A stretch of DNA of 64,000 bases from Macrostomum lignano (lineage: Eukaryota). The position numbers and the translations under genes were made by a program. The notes under the pieces are model-generated. The model was not told where the DNA came from. It did no database searches and saw only the letters and a program-made list of their open reading frames with translations. Shown piece after piece: positions 49,601 through 63,400 of the stretch (positions are counted from its first letter, which is position 1; the number at the start of each line of letters is the position of its first letter). The stretch lies in NCBI GenBank assembly GCA_002269645.1, contig NIVC01001006.1, positions 62,001 to 126,000 on the forward strand. The letters run 5' to 3'.

Positions 49601-50350
49601 TAGTTATTAGTTTTTTACACTTAGAGCGACGTTTTTGAAGATTTTCAACTCGCTCAGTGCAGATACAATCAATTTATTGATTTTTACTACAACTATAACA
49701 AAATAATATAGAAATTAATATAAATAATCCCCTGTACTAAAAATAAACCAGTAGCAGTAAAAACCTATAAAACCCGTTAAAAACTAATTAACTAATTAAT
49801 TAATTCAAATTATATCAATTTAACCGGTTTATCGTTACTAATGAATATATAAACTCTAAACTTTATCAACATAGTTCTCGATAATAGTTACTATATTTCG
49901 AGATAAAAACTGCGCCTTCAGTTAATTTTTACATAGTTTGCGAAATAGAGTAAACAAAACGGGGAAAGGAAAAAAGGGATTTTTAGTAATTTTTTAACAA
50001 CGGTTAAAAAGCAATGCATGGTATTATAGAGAATTTGAAGTGGCGTTCTGTAGTAGCCTAAATAAAAAATGACTGAAATTGATAAAAATCCTAACAGAAA
50101 ACAATATAATAGCAAGCTAGGTTACGTAAGGAGCTAAATTAAGCTTAGCTCAAAAGCTCAATCATGCGACTACCTAATCACCTATAGCTGACAATCCAAT
50201 CGCTTAGTTCACTACCCAATTTATAGTTCGAGTTTTCTTTTAAAAATTTATATCTATAGCCAAGCGCAGCTTGGCAATTATCAAAGCATTCATAAAAAAA
50301 CAAATTTAGAATCTCATGTTCAGTAGTCAAAGCATACCAGAAAAAACTAC

Positions 50351-53300
50351 TCAATTATTCAGATGCGGCTCCTCCTTAATGTCCATCGGCGTGAGACCGC
50401 TGTACGCCATCACGAGAAAGAAGGACACTCGGCTTTTCTTCCTAACCATGTCGTCCATTTTTTCCGCGTTGTTCTCATCTTGCGATGGTAGATTCAGACG
50501 CCAGGAATTCAATTCGAAGCAAATTAACCTTCTGTCTTCATCGACGATGCCGGTAAATCTCCTTCCGTTATTCTTCCGAATGTGCTCCTTCTGTTCTTCA
50601 TACGTATTCTTCTTCGGCATGTACTTGATCATGCCGAGAGGCTCTCCAGAGCTTGTGATAAAAAGACGAAGACGATAGTATCCGGGTTTTTTGTGCTGGC
50701 GGTTCTTACAAGTCATCATTTCTTTGCAATTCTTAAGAGACTTCATTGCGTTCCTCAGCAATTTCTGGCCGGCATCCGTGTCCCTGTCGTCAACTGGCAA
50801 TTTAAGGTATTCCACCAACATGAGGGTGCCGCGCATGAAGTGGACGAGATGGTCAGACTCAAATCGCTCGAGCCACTCCTGCGTAACCTTCTGTGCGCGC
50901 TCAAAATCAGTTGGCCCTTTAATAAGAATGAGTAGAACACATATTTCAAAGTAGTTCTTCGCCATTTTAGATGGACAGTTCAATAAATTACTCAGAAGTG
51001 TTTTCTTCTTTTCTCTCGGAAGATTGCTCACATTCCAAGTCCGATCCCAAATTGTTACACGCAATTTCGCTCTAGAATTCTCATCTTCGCTAGTCAGATC
51101 AATTTCAGTGTCGTCAGGTTCCTGGATGCCAGGCAGCGCCACGTAATAATCAAAGGCCACCCATGCAAACTCGAAGCCGGTCTTTTTACTGACCTTCAGC
51201 AGCTCTTCCACCGAGCAGTGTGAATACCTCTGCATGAACTCCTTCTTTGTGCGGTCCAATGTATGTTGCTGTTTTGAAGAATACGATCCGAGCTCCAAAT
51301 GGCCTCCATTGTACATGCTTTCGAGATCGAACATTTTCTGTAAAATATTGCCATTAATTTCCAAGACTGCCGGTAAGTCCTGAATTTTTCGGACAAATTC
51401 TCTGCCATCGCCATGACATTCCATATCAAAGAATGCTTTTAGCAGCCGTCGTTGAGCCTGAATCTCACTAATAAACGGGTGTGCTTTGTGCACTACTTCG
51501 CCGCTTTCGTGTGAATATCTTGTTTTTGCTTGCGATCTCTTTGATAGCTCAATACTGTTCAAAGCGTAGCTGATTACTTGTTTAAACTCAATAGGATTCG
51601 ATTCGTTACTAAGCTGATCGATTTTGCAATTGAGGAGGTGCGAAGACATACCGAGCAACGTTGCGTCAGTGACTTTAGTATCCGAAAAAGTATCTGATGT
51701 TTCAAGCTCAAGAACTGTTCGAACCAGGCTAAGTGATTCGTCATAAGCTTTTTCTTTGTAGGTGAGCAGGCGAGCCAAGTGTATCAGAATGTGTCCTTTC
51801 TGTGAAGGAAATGAGCTCGCCAGTTTGTGTATAAGATTTTTTAAAGTATCTAAACTTTGCTCATCATCCTTGTCATCCTTGCTACATTCATACAGCGATT
51901 TCATTAAGTGGCTAAACTGATCATTAGAATCCCGTTTAAACGTTGTCAGCTGTGTGACGAGGTTGCCCAGGCAACTCTGTAATCCAATTGTGTCGGCCAT
52001 CCCGCAGAGTTGGTCGACAAACCAGAAAACTTGCCTCTGCTCTTTGGAACGGCCGTTGTCCTCACACTCACCTTCGTCATCGCTTTGCTTGGTGCTGCAG
52101 ATTTCCATAATTTTTTCAGCAACACAAACAACCGGCGAGAAGTTGTACCCACCTTTAGCCTTTTGCAGAATTAGAAGATGCTGATGAAGTCCCAGCTTCT
52201 TTAGCACTTCAGTGGGTTCATCCTGAGTGGGCGATAGGTCAAGCAAGTGTGCGGCGATAGCGAGATTAACTGGGTAGTTAATGTAGTGCTTTGAGAGGGA
52301 AGCAAAATATAGCAAATCCTTGGTAGTTTGAGTGCTATTTTCTAGCAAAACAGTAACAATATCGTTAACTTTTGAATAGTCTAGGCAGTGCAGTATACCA
52401 AACAGAAATGGTGTCTTTTTGTTCTCGCAGTCATTCAAGATCACGCGAATATCTGTTCCGCTTTTATCTATTAACTTAATGTCTCCACCAGCTTCCTCAT
52501 ACAGCTTTGCAAAGCGTTTTTCTTCCTCAGTAGAAAGCTCCATGTTTAGAATTTGAGTTCTTCCTGATCCAGTGCCGGAGTCTTCCAGTCTGACTACTTG
52601 TTCCACTAGCAGCACGACAAGTTTTGGTGCTGGTTGAAAATTGGCCAATTCACTCATGAAGCGAGTTATGGCCGAATAATCAGCCACATTGTCAAACAGG
52701 ACAAGAACAGGCTTCTGTGCCTTTATGTAAACATTCGAAATCAGTTTCCTCAGTTCTTTGCCAACAATGTCTTCACCTCTTGCTTCCTTCACTTTGATGC
52801 ATGGATATTCTTTATGGAATTTCCACATTATGACATTCGCAATGGTCGTCGCTCCAGAGCCCGGCTCATGCATAAGTCGGATTATCGAACGCTGTTTCTT
52901 GTCATAATTCTCAAAAGACTTTTTGCTGCTGTATTCAAGCGCGCTCTGGACTTTTTCTTCAAGATCATCAATTCGACTACGCTGGACGAACATCCTCTTG
53001 TTAAAAAGGTTTTCATCATGCAAGTACAGCATCTCTGCTGTCAGCTCATTACCTGCCAGAAATTCCTGTCTCTTGTCATTAAAATCATCCTCAGACAGAT
53101 CCGACAAAGGCTTTTCGGGTCGTCCGGCTGTAAGGTGGAAGAATTCAACGAAATCATAGCTGCTGCAAGGCATGAAGAACTTGCCGGAACACCCCGGAAG
53201 TTCTTCAGTCAATGACTGATTTTTCTCAGGATACAGAGAGTTAAGAGCGCAACTGAGTTGATTGGCAGGTACCGTGTACGTCTCGAATTGACCTGTTTTG

Positions 53301-54696
53301 GCATTGGGTAAAGCATTGCTTCTAGCAGACTCACTGGTACACACAGCTAGGGAATAAAACTTGATTGAGTCTCCATTAGCAGATTCGATGGATTTTTTCA
53401 GCAATTTAGGAATTTGATTAAGTTTAGCAGGCGAATTGTTAGTACCAGCTACAAGTGCCAAGCAAAAAACTCGTTTTTGGGGGCCATCGCTTTCTAAAAC
53501 AGGAACGAAAACTTTTAATTTCAGCAGATCTTTCAGCTTTTCTCCATTTTTCGGACCTTTGATCCCCTGTTCACTGCATCCGTCGGCCTGAATGTACAAA
53601 CACATTTTTCCCTGCTTGCACTGGCTCAATTCTTCTTCGGGAACATCGGAAGTGTTTGAGTCACGAAGAGTATGAAGTGAGAACTTGCGACCTTGAGCTT
53701 CCATTTCCTGAGTGATGAACTGGTGATGCCCTCCAGCTTCTCTGCTCTTTGTATCGAAGTCGACGATGATGTTCCAGTTGCCTCTTGTCAGAGCCTGGAT
53801 CAAATATTCTTTTTCATTTCTGACATCAAAAAAATCTGTCAGCAGCAGCACTCGAAACGACTCCTGGTATTCCTGAAGAGCATCAGCGATTGGATTGAGT
53901 GCGCTATGGTCAAACCTGTCCTCAAACTGTCTGTTCAGCTCCTCTATGAAATTGTCGTCCATCTTCTCCTCGGGAAAATTGCTGGCGTCTGTTCTCGAGT
54001 ACAAATGCCAAATACCCGTACTCGAATTTTCGGTACTTTTGTATCTTGTGGGACCAATTTTTCCTGCATGAACTTCTAGCAATGCGTAAGTTCCTGGTGG
54101 AATTTCCGCCATTCGCCCAGACATAGGAAAAGAGAACTCCCTGTCAAATTTCACCAGGTGCCAGGTAACGCGAACCATTGGCCGAGTGCAGTTGCGAAAC
54201 CAATCTTGAATATTGCTGTCTTTTGTTTCTTTTTTCAACGGTTTGAAGACCCTCTGCTTGCTCTTATCGTCCTCTTCGACGCCATAAACAATGTACGAGG
54301 AGTCTTTCTGTCTGTCTGTGAGACTCGGCTCTCGCATGTCTTTGTCAAGCCCATTGTACATTGAGCATGCAGAGCGTAAAACTTTATCTTTGCTGGATGG
54401 AAACGCTTCTTTTATTTCAAGGTGCGTTGATTCCTTCGGATTTTTGCACAGCAGGTACACCAGCATCTTCTGCTCCATATTCAATTTTCGGAATTTATCC
54501 TTAATCTTGTTTAGAGCTGGGCCTGCAAAGTGGATGTGTGTTAGGTATGAAATGAATATCAGAAACTGCGGTAGCAAAAATATATAAAAGTTATACATTT
54601 TGCGAACAATCGCCGTTGAAAGTTTTCTGTGTTGGGATCTGCTTCTGAAGCTTCCGAACTGTCTGAAGACTCCGCTGCTGAAGACTCGGCTGCCAT
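50351..54696 (-). CDS. SAMD9/SAMD9L-like STAND protein (AlbA_2-like, SIR2-like, P-loop NTPase, helical repeats, OB-like C-terminus; no SAM domain seen); exons 54696-54597 and 54522-50351; about 1423 aa
   Basis: HEPGSGATTIANVIMWKF..C matches the SAMD9 Walker A region as I recall it (HxPGxGGTTLA..LW....C); LEIKE...SACSMYN...IVYGVEED resembles AlbA_2; WNIIVDFD resembles the SAMD9 SIR2-like segment. A 74-bp GT-AG intron joins an upstream ATG exon in phase. Confidence 0.72.
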
Positions 54697-55249
54697 GTGT
54701 TAGATGATTGTTGGACTAGCTCTATGTCAACGATGAAGTGAGTCGTTCTCAAAGTATTTAAGGTAAGTTAAGTTTGTTACAAACTTATTTAACTTTCTTA
54801 GGTTTAGTTCTTAACTTTTAACTGTCTACGTATATGTACATGTTATAAACAGACCAACCTAGAGGGTCGATATGTAGCCTTTCAATAAATCATATGCTTA
54901 TTGCCGATTTCAGGGACTGTTTATACTGACTATGTAATCGATTTTAGCTGACCGGGACCGGGACTGAGCCTCCTCTGCCCGGCTGCATGGTTGGTGGGGG
55001 TGCGGTGTGCGTCTCATGTGCTGGTTCACGCTATAAGAGCAGTAGCGTAGCTTAGCCGGGGATGGGATCGTATATCGGCATATCCCCCCCAAATTCTAAG
55101 ACCCCCAATTTTTTTCAAGTTCGATCATTTAAGCCGGCTGCCCTTGTGTTATGCGTGGACTTAAGAGGCTTTATGAAGTCTGATACAAAAGAGAAGAGAG
55201 ACAGATCGAGAGACGGAGTGTGTGAAACTGCAGTGACGGCAGGGTACGT

Positions 55250-55328
55250 GCACTCAGGGAACTACTCAATAACTCTAGAGTGTAAATGTAGTTGAATTAT
55301 GAGTAGTTATTTAGTAGTCCCTGAGTGC
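55250..55328. repeat. Small inverted-repeat hairpin (MITE-like)
   Basis: GCACTCAGGGA(A)CTACT ... AGTAGTCCCTGAGTGC arms. Confidence 0.55.
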
Positions 55329-56914
55329 GCTTAATGCACGGCACAGAGCATGTAGGCACAAACATTGGTTAGACTAATCCTTTATTTTGTATTAACTCTG
55401 CGTTTATTTTCCGCGGATTTGAGTGCCATAATGATTTATGCCATGCAAGGACCACTATAGAAGTTACCTGGTCCTTATGCCACGTTTTACATGCAAAAGT
55501 GAAAATTGATGGAGTGCTTTCAAATTTCTAAGCGGAAGTTCAGAACCTAGGGGCGGAATCCGATATCCCAAAACGAAATTCCTGGATGCACCCCTGTATG
55601 AGACGGCTTCAAATGAGAGGGCTCGGTCTAAGAGAAAAGTTCTACGAGTAAAAGGGCTTTAGTGGCTGGGCTTTAAGAGAAGGGAAGCTTTGTCAGCCCT
55701 TGCCGCTTCTGAAGCCCAGAAAACTTGTGTACTTGCATATTGCCATGCAGGGCCTGCTCTTCTTTATGCAGAGTTAGGTAAATGTTTTAGTTTGTTTAAT
55801 TGGACTATGTTTCCGAGAAATTTTGCTCATATTTAAACATGAATCTTTAACAGTAGTTCTCATTTTAATGTCGAATGATCATGCAAAATTCGTACTTTAT
55901 TATTAACTAGGGCCTAATAAGCTTTTACGTTTAAAATAAATAAGTTACTTCTTTTACCTTTATCTTACTTTTAGTAGTACAAGCTATTATATATGCAAGT
56001 TGTTTTAATTATTATTTATTACTTTTTAGCTTGTAAATCAAATAGATGACCTCTGTGCTGTGTTTCACTAAAAAGATGGAAAAGCAAAGACAGTGCATTA
56101 TGAAGTCTGTTTTGAAAAAAGTACAAGATTTCTGTTTTTTGTGCGTTAACTTTAACAGATTAACACTTTTTAACAATTATCAAATTAAATTAGAGTTAAT
56201 AAGTTAAGATTTTTTGCTGAATCAGATTCTTTTGCCATTAATGGATCGAAGTTAAGATTTTCATTAATGGTGCCCAACATTGCTAATTGTTAAGCTCAAC
56301 TTAACTTGCAAGTTGCAGCTTGAGAATAATTTCTAGCAATTTTAGCTCTATTTTAGGCTATTCTAGACTATTTATTGACTATAAGCCATGAGGCAAAAAG
56401 ACTTTACTCAAGTTGCCTCTCAAGCCATCAAGGATATGAACTTAGTATAATTCATCTTAAAATATTTAGTGCACTTAGAGTTAGACCTTGGTGTAGGCCT
56501 AGTCTAGAATAATAATAAGCAAGCATAGAAATATATTACTTTTTTCTTTCCAATTTATATATTTCCTATTAATTTATGTAATTGCCTTGCTAAATTATTC
56601 ATTTTATAAAAAACCTATTTTTTATTCAAATTTGCCTTTGCATAAATTTTTACTAGGTATATACTCACAGAACACTTACTAAATCTTCCACCTTAAATTA
56701 GTAAGAAAGAAAGGCATTCCTTTGGTTTACAATCATTTTTCCACCCACATTTTGGTTCACGATTCCCATGTAATTTTCATATAAATAATCATAGCTTGCT
56801 TGAAATAAACAAAAATTGTTAAACTAAGCTTATTCCACTATATTAGAAAAAACTGAATGGAATAGCCAACAAAAGGTTTCTTTCATGGCGTGGTAATAAC
56901 AAGGATCCTATATA

Positions 56915-57620
56915 TCCACTTTGGTTTACAATCATTTAAATAGAAGCAATACATGTAAATGATCATGAACCAGAGCTAGCATGTGTATAAAGGTATTAGT
57001 GCATGAATTCAATTTTTAAAAATGAATCCAAGAAGACAATCCTATATATCCACTTTGGTTTATGATCATTTAAATAAAAGAGATACATGTAAATGATCAT
57101 GAACCAAAGCTAGCGTATGTGTGTAAAGGGGTTTTGGTGTTTTACAAGCTCTATCTAAAATCAATCACTATCTCAATAGATGGCTAGCTTCAGTTCATGA
57201 TCATTTATATGTATTTCTTCCATTTAAATGATTGTAAACCAAAGCTAAGGGAGGATGTTGAAGACATATGTAGTCACATATATTTATTTGTTTGACTAGG
57301 ACTTGTTAGCGATTGAAATGTCGTCTTAAGCTAACGTGTGCTCCCAAGTAACTTGATGCTTTATTATTCTCTGCACGCTGCCACCCTCCCCCACTCAGCT
57401 TCGGTTTACAATCATTTAGATATAAGCAATACATGTAAATGATCGGGAACCAAAGCTAGCCATATATTGAAATAGTGATCAATTTTAGATATAGCTTGTA
57501 AAACACCAAATTAAAACCCCATTATACATACGCTAGCTTAGGTTCACAATCATTTACATGTATTGCTTCCATTTAAATGATTGTAAATTGAAGTAGATAT
57601 ATAGGATCCTCTTCATGGAT
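56915..57620. repeat. Cluster of ~70-bp imperfectly palindromic units in both orientations (another copy at about 59739-59815)
   Basis: TGGTTTACAATCATTTA...TAAATGATCATGAACCA; forward copies at about 56917, 57050 and 57400, reverse copies at about 57184 and 57530. Confidence 0.8.
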
Positions 57621-57676
57621 TGATTCATTTTTGGAAATTGATGTTATATACTACAAATGGCCCCTTATGTACACAC

Positions 57677-59735
57677 CCCACTTTGCCAGTTACGTCACAG
57701 CAACATTGTAGCAATGTTGATATTTTAGAAGGCAATGTTGCGATGTCAACCAATGGCAATGTTGCATGACAACGTTGTGCAACGTATACAGTAACGTTGA
57801 CACTCAACATTGTCACCGGCAACATTGTCAATATTGACGTTGCAATATTCACTGATTTCTTTCCCAAAGTGTACTCATACGAGTCATACTGCCTACATAT
57901 GCTGCAACAGGTATATGTATGAAAGAAAGAAACAAGCAGCAGTCATATATGCGCAATTTCTTAGGCAAGTGGTTTTAATTTAATATTAAGTGGTCCCACC
58001 CACATATGTATAGTGCAGACTGCAAAACATTAGTGAGTGTTTATTAATACTTGTATTGATTAGTACAGTAGTGGGTATGGCACAGCATGTGAGCAACAGT
58101 TTGTAGGTGAGTGAGCAGACAATGCACTTAATCACAGTCTTCTTCATCTTCAAAATCAACTGATGCTGCTGTCTTACTGCCTTTACCGTCCTCTGCTGTT
58201 GTTGTAGATCCTCATTTGCTGATGCTGCTTGGATATGTACATGTAGTTGTTGCCAAAGCCATCTCTACCATACCCTAGCTGGGCATGTCATAGGAAATTG
58301 CTGATTGCCTGCTTAATTGCAATTGCATTGGTGTTGACATGGCAAATGGTGCCCCAAATGGCATCTGAAAAATTGGGAACAAATAAGACACAAATTATTA
58401 AATTATGCAAAGTCTGGCAAACAGATAAAGCACTAATAGTGCTTTTGTCAAACAAGGTGAGAATTTCTATAAATGATAGCATATTCACAATACAATTTAC
58501 TAGACTAAATCTGCTATATTATTAGTAACAAAGACTAAATTTAAATATAAAATCCTAGAAAAAATAAATAGAGATGCCATATAAACAGCATAAAGATTTA
58601 GGAAATTTTAGAGACCTATTAAAGGAAAAGGATTAGAAATAAAAGGACAATAGGTAACTAGCCAAGTATGTAAAAAGCTAAAGAAAAGAGAAAAAAGTAA
58701 ATCTCTACTATTGAAAATTAAAAAGGTAGAAAAACTATTAAAATACCAAAATCTACAATAATGACTTAGGATTAAATAGAGGCCTAGGACTAACTAATTT
58801 TGCTATATAACTAAAATTCAATCCTTAGATTAAAAATTGCATATTTCAGGACAAAGCTAAGCTTAGGCCTGCTTACAAATACAAATATAAAAAAAATTAG
58901 GCCTAATGGATAGGCCTATAAAAGCCATTGCCAATGGTATTGGTATTTACTTTTTCTAGTATAGATAGAATAAAAAACATACACTATTTCTTACTGCAAT
59001 TGAGTTAAAAATTAATTTTTCAACAATAATAAGATTAATAGCTAGACTAGAGCCTAGGCCTATGGCCTAAACTGTGGGGTTACTATGTTAAACCTTATAT
59101 ATATTGAATATGAGACTGAGGCTATAATAGGCCTAGACAGAGCTGGTTTAATAAGCTTTAGAATTTTAGAAGACAAAATGGTCACTGCTCACTATAAAAA
59201 AACTTTTAGGGAGGGGGCTAACTGTTATTGACTTTAGCCAAAAATTTGTAATAAAGTAAAGGCAAAGAAATCAGACAAAATGTGAAACATTTTATGTTCT
59301 AGTGGCTAAAATGGTGTGCTACTAGTGCAATTTAATTGAAGCAATAGGTTTAATAAGAGTTTTGACTTGCATAAAATAGCCTGTTTGACCAACAATATCA
59401 TTTATAGAAGTCAAATTTAGATACTCCTCTAAGAGCCTAAAGGCTAAAGCTAGGTTTTTATTTCACAAGTGAAAAAATTAACTTTCAAAAATGTATTTCT
59501 GACGATTTCAATTTTTAGTTAGTTCTATGTATATAATACAATTTAAAGGTAACAAAAGTTTTCCTTTTGCTTTTTATATTACATATAAGCTCTATGTATT
59601 AATTTAATTTCTGTTTTGTTTTTATTGTGAAAACCATTTTTATGTTGATATGTCAATATTGCAGCAACGTTTGGATTTGTTGCATCAAACGTGCAACAAT
59701 GTCAATGTTGCTGCAACATAACCTGGCAGTATGGG
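57677..59735. mobile_element. Non-autonomous TIR DNA transposon with CCC termini and subterminal CAACATTG/CAACGTTG motifs
   Basis: Left end CCCACTTTGCCAGTTACGTCACAGCAACATTG versus reverse complement of the right end CCCATACTGCCAGGTTATGTTGCAGCAACATTG; flanked by CAC on both sides; no transposase. Confidence 0.6.
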
Positions 59736-60425
59736 CACGCTAGCTTTGGTTTACGATCATTTAAATGTATTGCTTTTGTTCAAATGATTGTAAACTGAAG
59801 TGGATATATAGGATTATCTTTGGATTCTTGGAACTGTGAAATGGATCACTATAACCCCTTTACCTTCTTTTTTCATTTGAACATGTAGCTAGTGTTATGA
59901 TGGATCAATAAAAAGGATTGGAGTGCTTGTCTACTGTTTTTTTTGCATTCTGATGAAATAAACAACAATTTTGTATCTTCCCTATCTCTCTAATGGGGAT
60001 CGTCACTAATTTCAATGATTGTAAACCAAAGGAATGCGAAAAGAAATTAATAAACTAATATAAAATTTAATATATTTAAATTAAAATATATTTAGTTAGT
60101 TGAAATCTTGAATAATATAATATAAGTGAAAGACTTCTATTACTTCTTCTAAGAGTCAGAGTTGTCAGTTTACTTTCTAAAGCTATTTGTGAAAACAATT
60201 TAAAAGGAAAGTTGCATTATTTAAAAGTAACGAAAGGTTAAAAATAATAAATAAACAAATTAATTTTTGAAGGGATACTATTTTTAAATTAAGAATTGAA
60301 TGCTAACTGTCTTATTATATACAATTGTTTATTATATTTTCTTGTATATATTTTTCTCACTGTATTGGTATAAGATTTAATAAAAAATTCTTGCATGAAA
60401 GCTGCAGTATATTGTTGAAGAAGTA

Positions 60426-63400
60426 ATGGAGGGCTTTGATCGCAACAAGCTGGAGACTCTGCTAAAGCAGCGATTTTTCTATGACCAATCATTTGCTATC
60501 TATGGGGGTGAGTGTCATTACTGAATGGTTTGTGGTGCAAGTGACTGCATTTTACAGCTTAGAATTGGGGATCTGGGATGGTGACAGCTCAGCATTGAGG
60601 ATCAGGGATGGTGGCAGCTCAGCATTGAGGATCTGGAATGGTGGCAGCTCAGCATTGAGGATCTGGAATGGTGGCAGCTTAGCATTGAGGATCTGGAATG
60701 GTGGCAGCTTAGCATTGAGGATCTGGAATGGTGGCAGCTCAGCATTGAGGATCTGGAATGGTGGCAGCTCAGCATTGAGGATCTGGGATGGTGGCAGCTC
60801 AGCATTGAGGATCTGGAATGGTAGCAGCTCAGCATTGAGGATCTGGGATGGTGGCAGCTCAGCATTGAGGATCTGGAATGGTGGCAGCTCAGCATTGAGG
60901 ATCTGGGATGGTGGCAGCTCAGCATTGAGGATCTGGGATGGTTTAAGCTCAGCATTGAGGATCTGGGATGGTGGCAGCTCAGCATTGAGGATCTGGGATG
61001 GTTTAAGCTCAGCATTGAGGATCTGGGATGGTGGCAGCTCAGCATTGAGGATCTGGAATGGTGGCAGCTCAGCATTGAGGATCTGGGATGGTGGCAGCTT
61101 AGCCCTGGAGATCCAAGATTGTCTTGAGAATCTCAGATGCTGATCAAGACTCTGCAACATGCTCCCCACTTGCTCCCCTGCCGCAGGTGTGCAGGGCCTT
61201 TACGACTTCGGTCCGATGGGCTGCGCGGTGAAGGCGAACCTGCTGCAGGAGTGGCGAAACTTCTTCGTGCTGGAGGAGCAGATGCTCGAGATGGACTGCT
61301 CCATGCTCACCCCGGAGCCGGTGCTGAAGGCCTCCGGCCACGTGGAGAGGTTCGCCGACTACAAGGTGAAGGACCTGAAAACCGGCGAGTGCTTCCGGGC
61401 CGACCACGTGGTCAAGCAGTTCCTGGAGAAGCTGGAGGCCGATCCCAAGACGCCGCAGGACCGGCGCGATGAGGCGCGCAGAATCCTGAACAGCCTCGAC
61501 AACCTGGACGGCGCCGGCCTGCAGGAGGTTATTGTGAAGTTTGGCATCAAGTCGCCTCAGTCCGGCAACGAGATCTCGGAGCCGCAGCAGTTCAACCTGA
61601 TGTTCCAGGTGTCCATCGGGCCCGCCGGCAACATCAAAGGCTATCTGCGGCCGGAGACCGCCCAGGGCATCTTCGTCAATTTTAAACGGTTGCTGGAGTT
61701 CAACCAGGGCCGGCTGCCGTTCGCCGCCGCCCAGATTGGCAACAGCTTCCGGAATGAGATCAGCCCGCGGGCTGGCCTGCTCAGGTGGGATTTCGGAGTT
61801 TGGGATCAGGATTTAAGAGTCTGAGACCAGGATTCCGAAGTCTGGGATCAGGATTCTGTAGTCTGAGATCAGGATTTCAGAGATTCTGATGTCCGAATCC
61901 CAGATCGGGATTTCGGAGTCTGGGATCGGGATTTAAGAGTCAGAGATCGGGATTTTGGGGTCTGGGATCGGGATTCTGGAGTCTGGGATCGGGATTTCGT
62001 AGTGTGGGATCAGGGATTCTGGAGTCTAGGATCGGGATTCTGGAGTCTGGGATCGGAATTTCGGAGTCTGGGATCGGAATTTCAGAGTCTGGGATCAGGG
62101 ATTCTGGAGTCTAGGATCGGGATTCTGGAGTCTGGGATCGGGATTCTGGAGTCTGGGATCGGAATTTCGGAGTCTGGGATCGGGATTCTGGAGTCTGGGA
62201 TCGGGATTTCGTAGTGTGGGATCAGGGATTCTGGAGTCTAGGATCGGGATTCTGGAGTCTGGGATTGGGATTCTGGAGTCTGGGATCGGAATTTCGGAGT
62301 CTGGGATCGGAATTTCGGAGTCTGGGATCGGGATTCTGGGATCGGGATTTCGGAGTCTGGGATCAGGGATTCTGGAGTTTGGGATCGGGATTCTAGAGTC
62401 TGGGATCGGGATTCTAGAGTTTGGGATCGGGATTCTGTAGTTTGAGATCGGGATTCCGGAGTTTGGGATCGGGATTCTAGAGTCTGGGATCGGGATTCTG
62501 TAGTTTGGGATCGAGATTCTGGAGTCTGGGATCGGGATTCCGGAGTTTGGGATCCGGATTCTGTAGTTTGGGATCGAGATTCCGGAGTTTGGGATTGGGA
62601 TTCAGGAGTCTTAGATCGGAATTCTGGAGTCTGGGATCGGAATTCTGGAGTCTAAGATCGGAATTCTGGAGTCTGGGATCGGAATTCTGGAGTCTGGGAT
62701 CGGAATTCTGGAGTCTGGGATCGGGATTCTGGAGTCTGGGATCGGAATTTCGGAGTCTGTGATCGGGATTCTGGAGTCTGGGATCGGAATTCTGGAGTCT
62801 GGGATCAGGATTCAGGAGTTTGGGATCAGAATTCTCTAGTCTGAGATCGAGATTTCAGAGTTAGTGACCAGAATTCTGGAGTCGGATTAAGATTCCGAAG
62901 TCTGAAGTTGGGAATTTGGGAGTCTGGGAACGGGAACTCATATTCAAACTGTAAAATGAGTTGTTATGGAAAATTTGTCCATACAGAAATCTAACGCTCA
63001 CATCACTCTGACCTCCGCAGAGTTCGAGAGTTCACCATGGCGGAGATCGAGCACTTCTTGGACCCCGCCGACAAGTCTCATCCGAAGTTCGCCAGCGTGG
63101 CCGGTCTCAGCCTGCCGCTCTACTCGGCCAAGGACCAGATGGCCGGCCTGGATGCGACTGAGAAGCCGCTAGGAGAGGTTTGTGCTGGACCGGAGCTGAC
63201 CCGGACTTTGGAGTTCCAGGCCAGATATCCGGATTTCTGGAGATTAGATGTCCGGATTTATGGGAATTAGATGTCCGGATTGATGAGGATTAGGTGTCCA
63301 GATTTATTGGCTTTAGATGTCCGGATTTATGGGGATTAGATGTCCGGATTTATTGGGACTAGATGTCCGGATTTATTGGCATTAGATGTCCGGTTTTATG

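Noticed and set aside
4925-54696. Functional link between the enveloped retroelement and the SAMD9-like gene
   Set aside because: They are about 35 kb apart and nothing in the sequence connects them.
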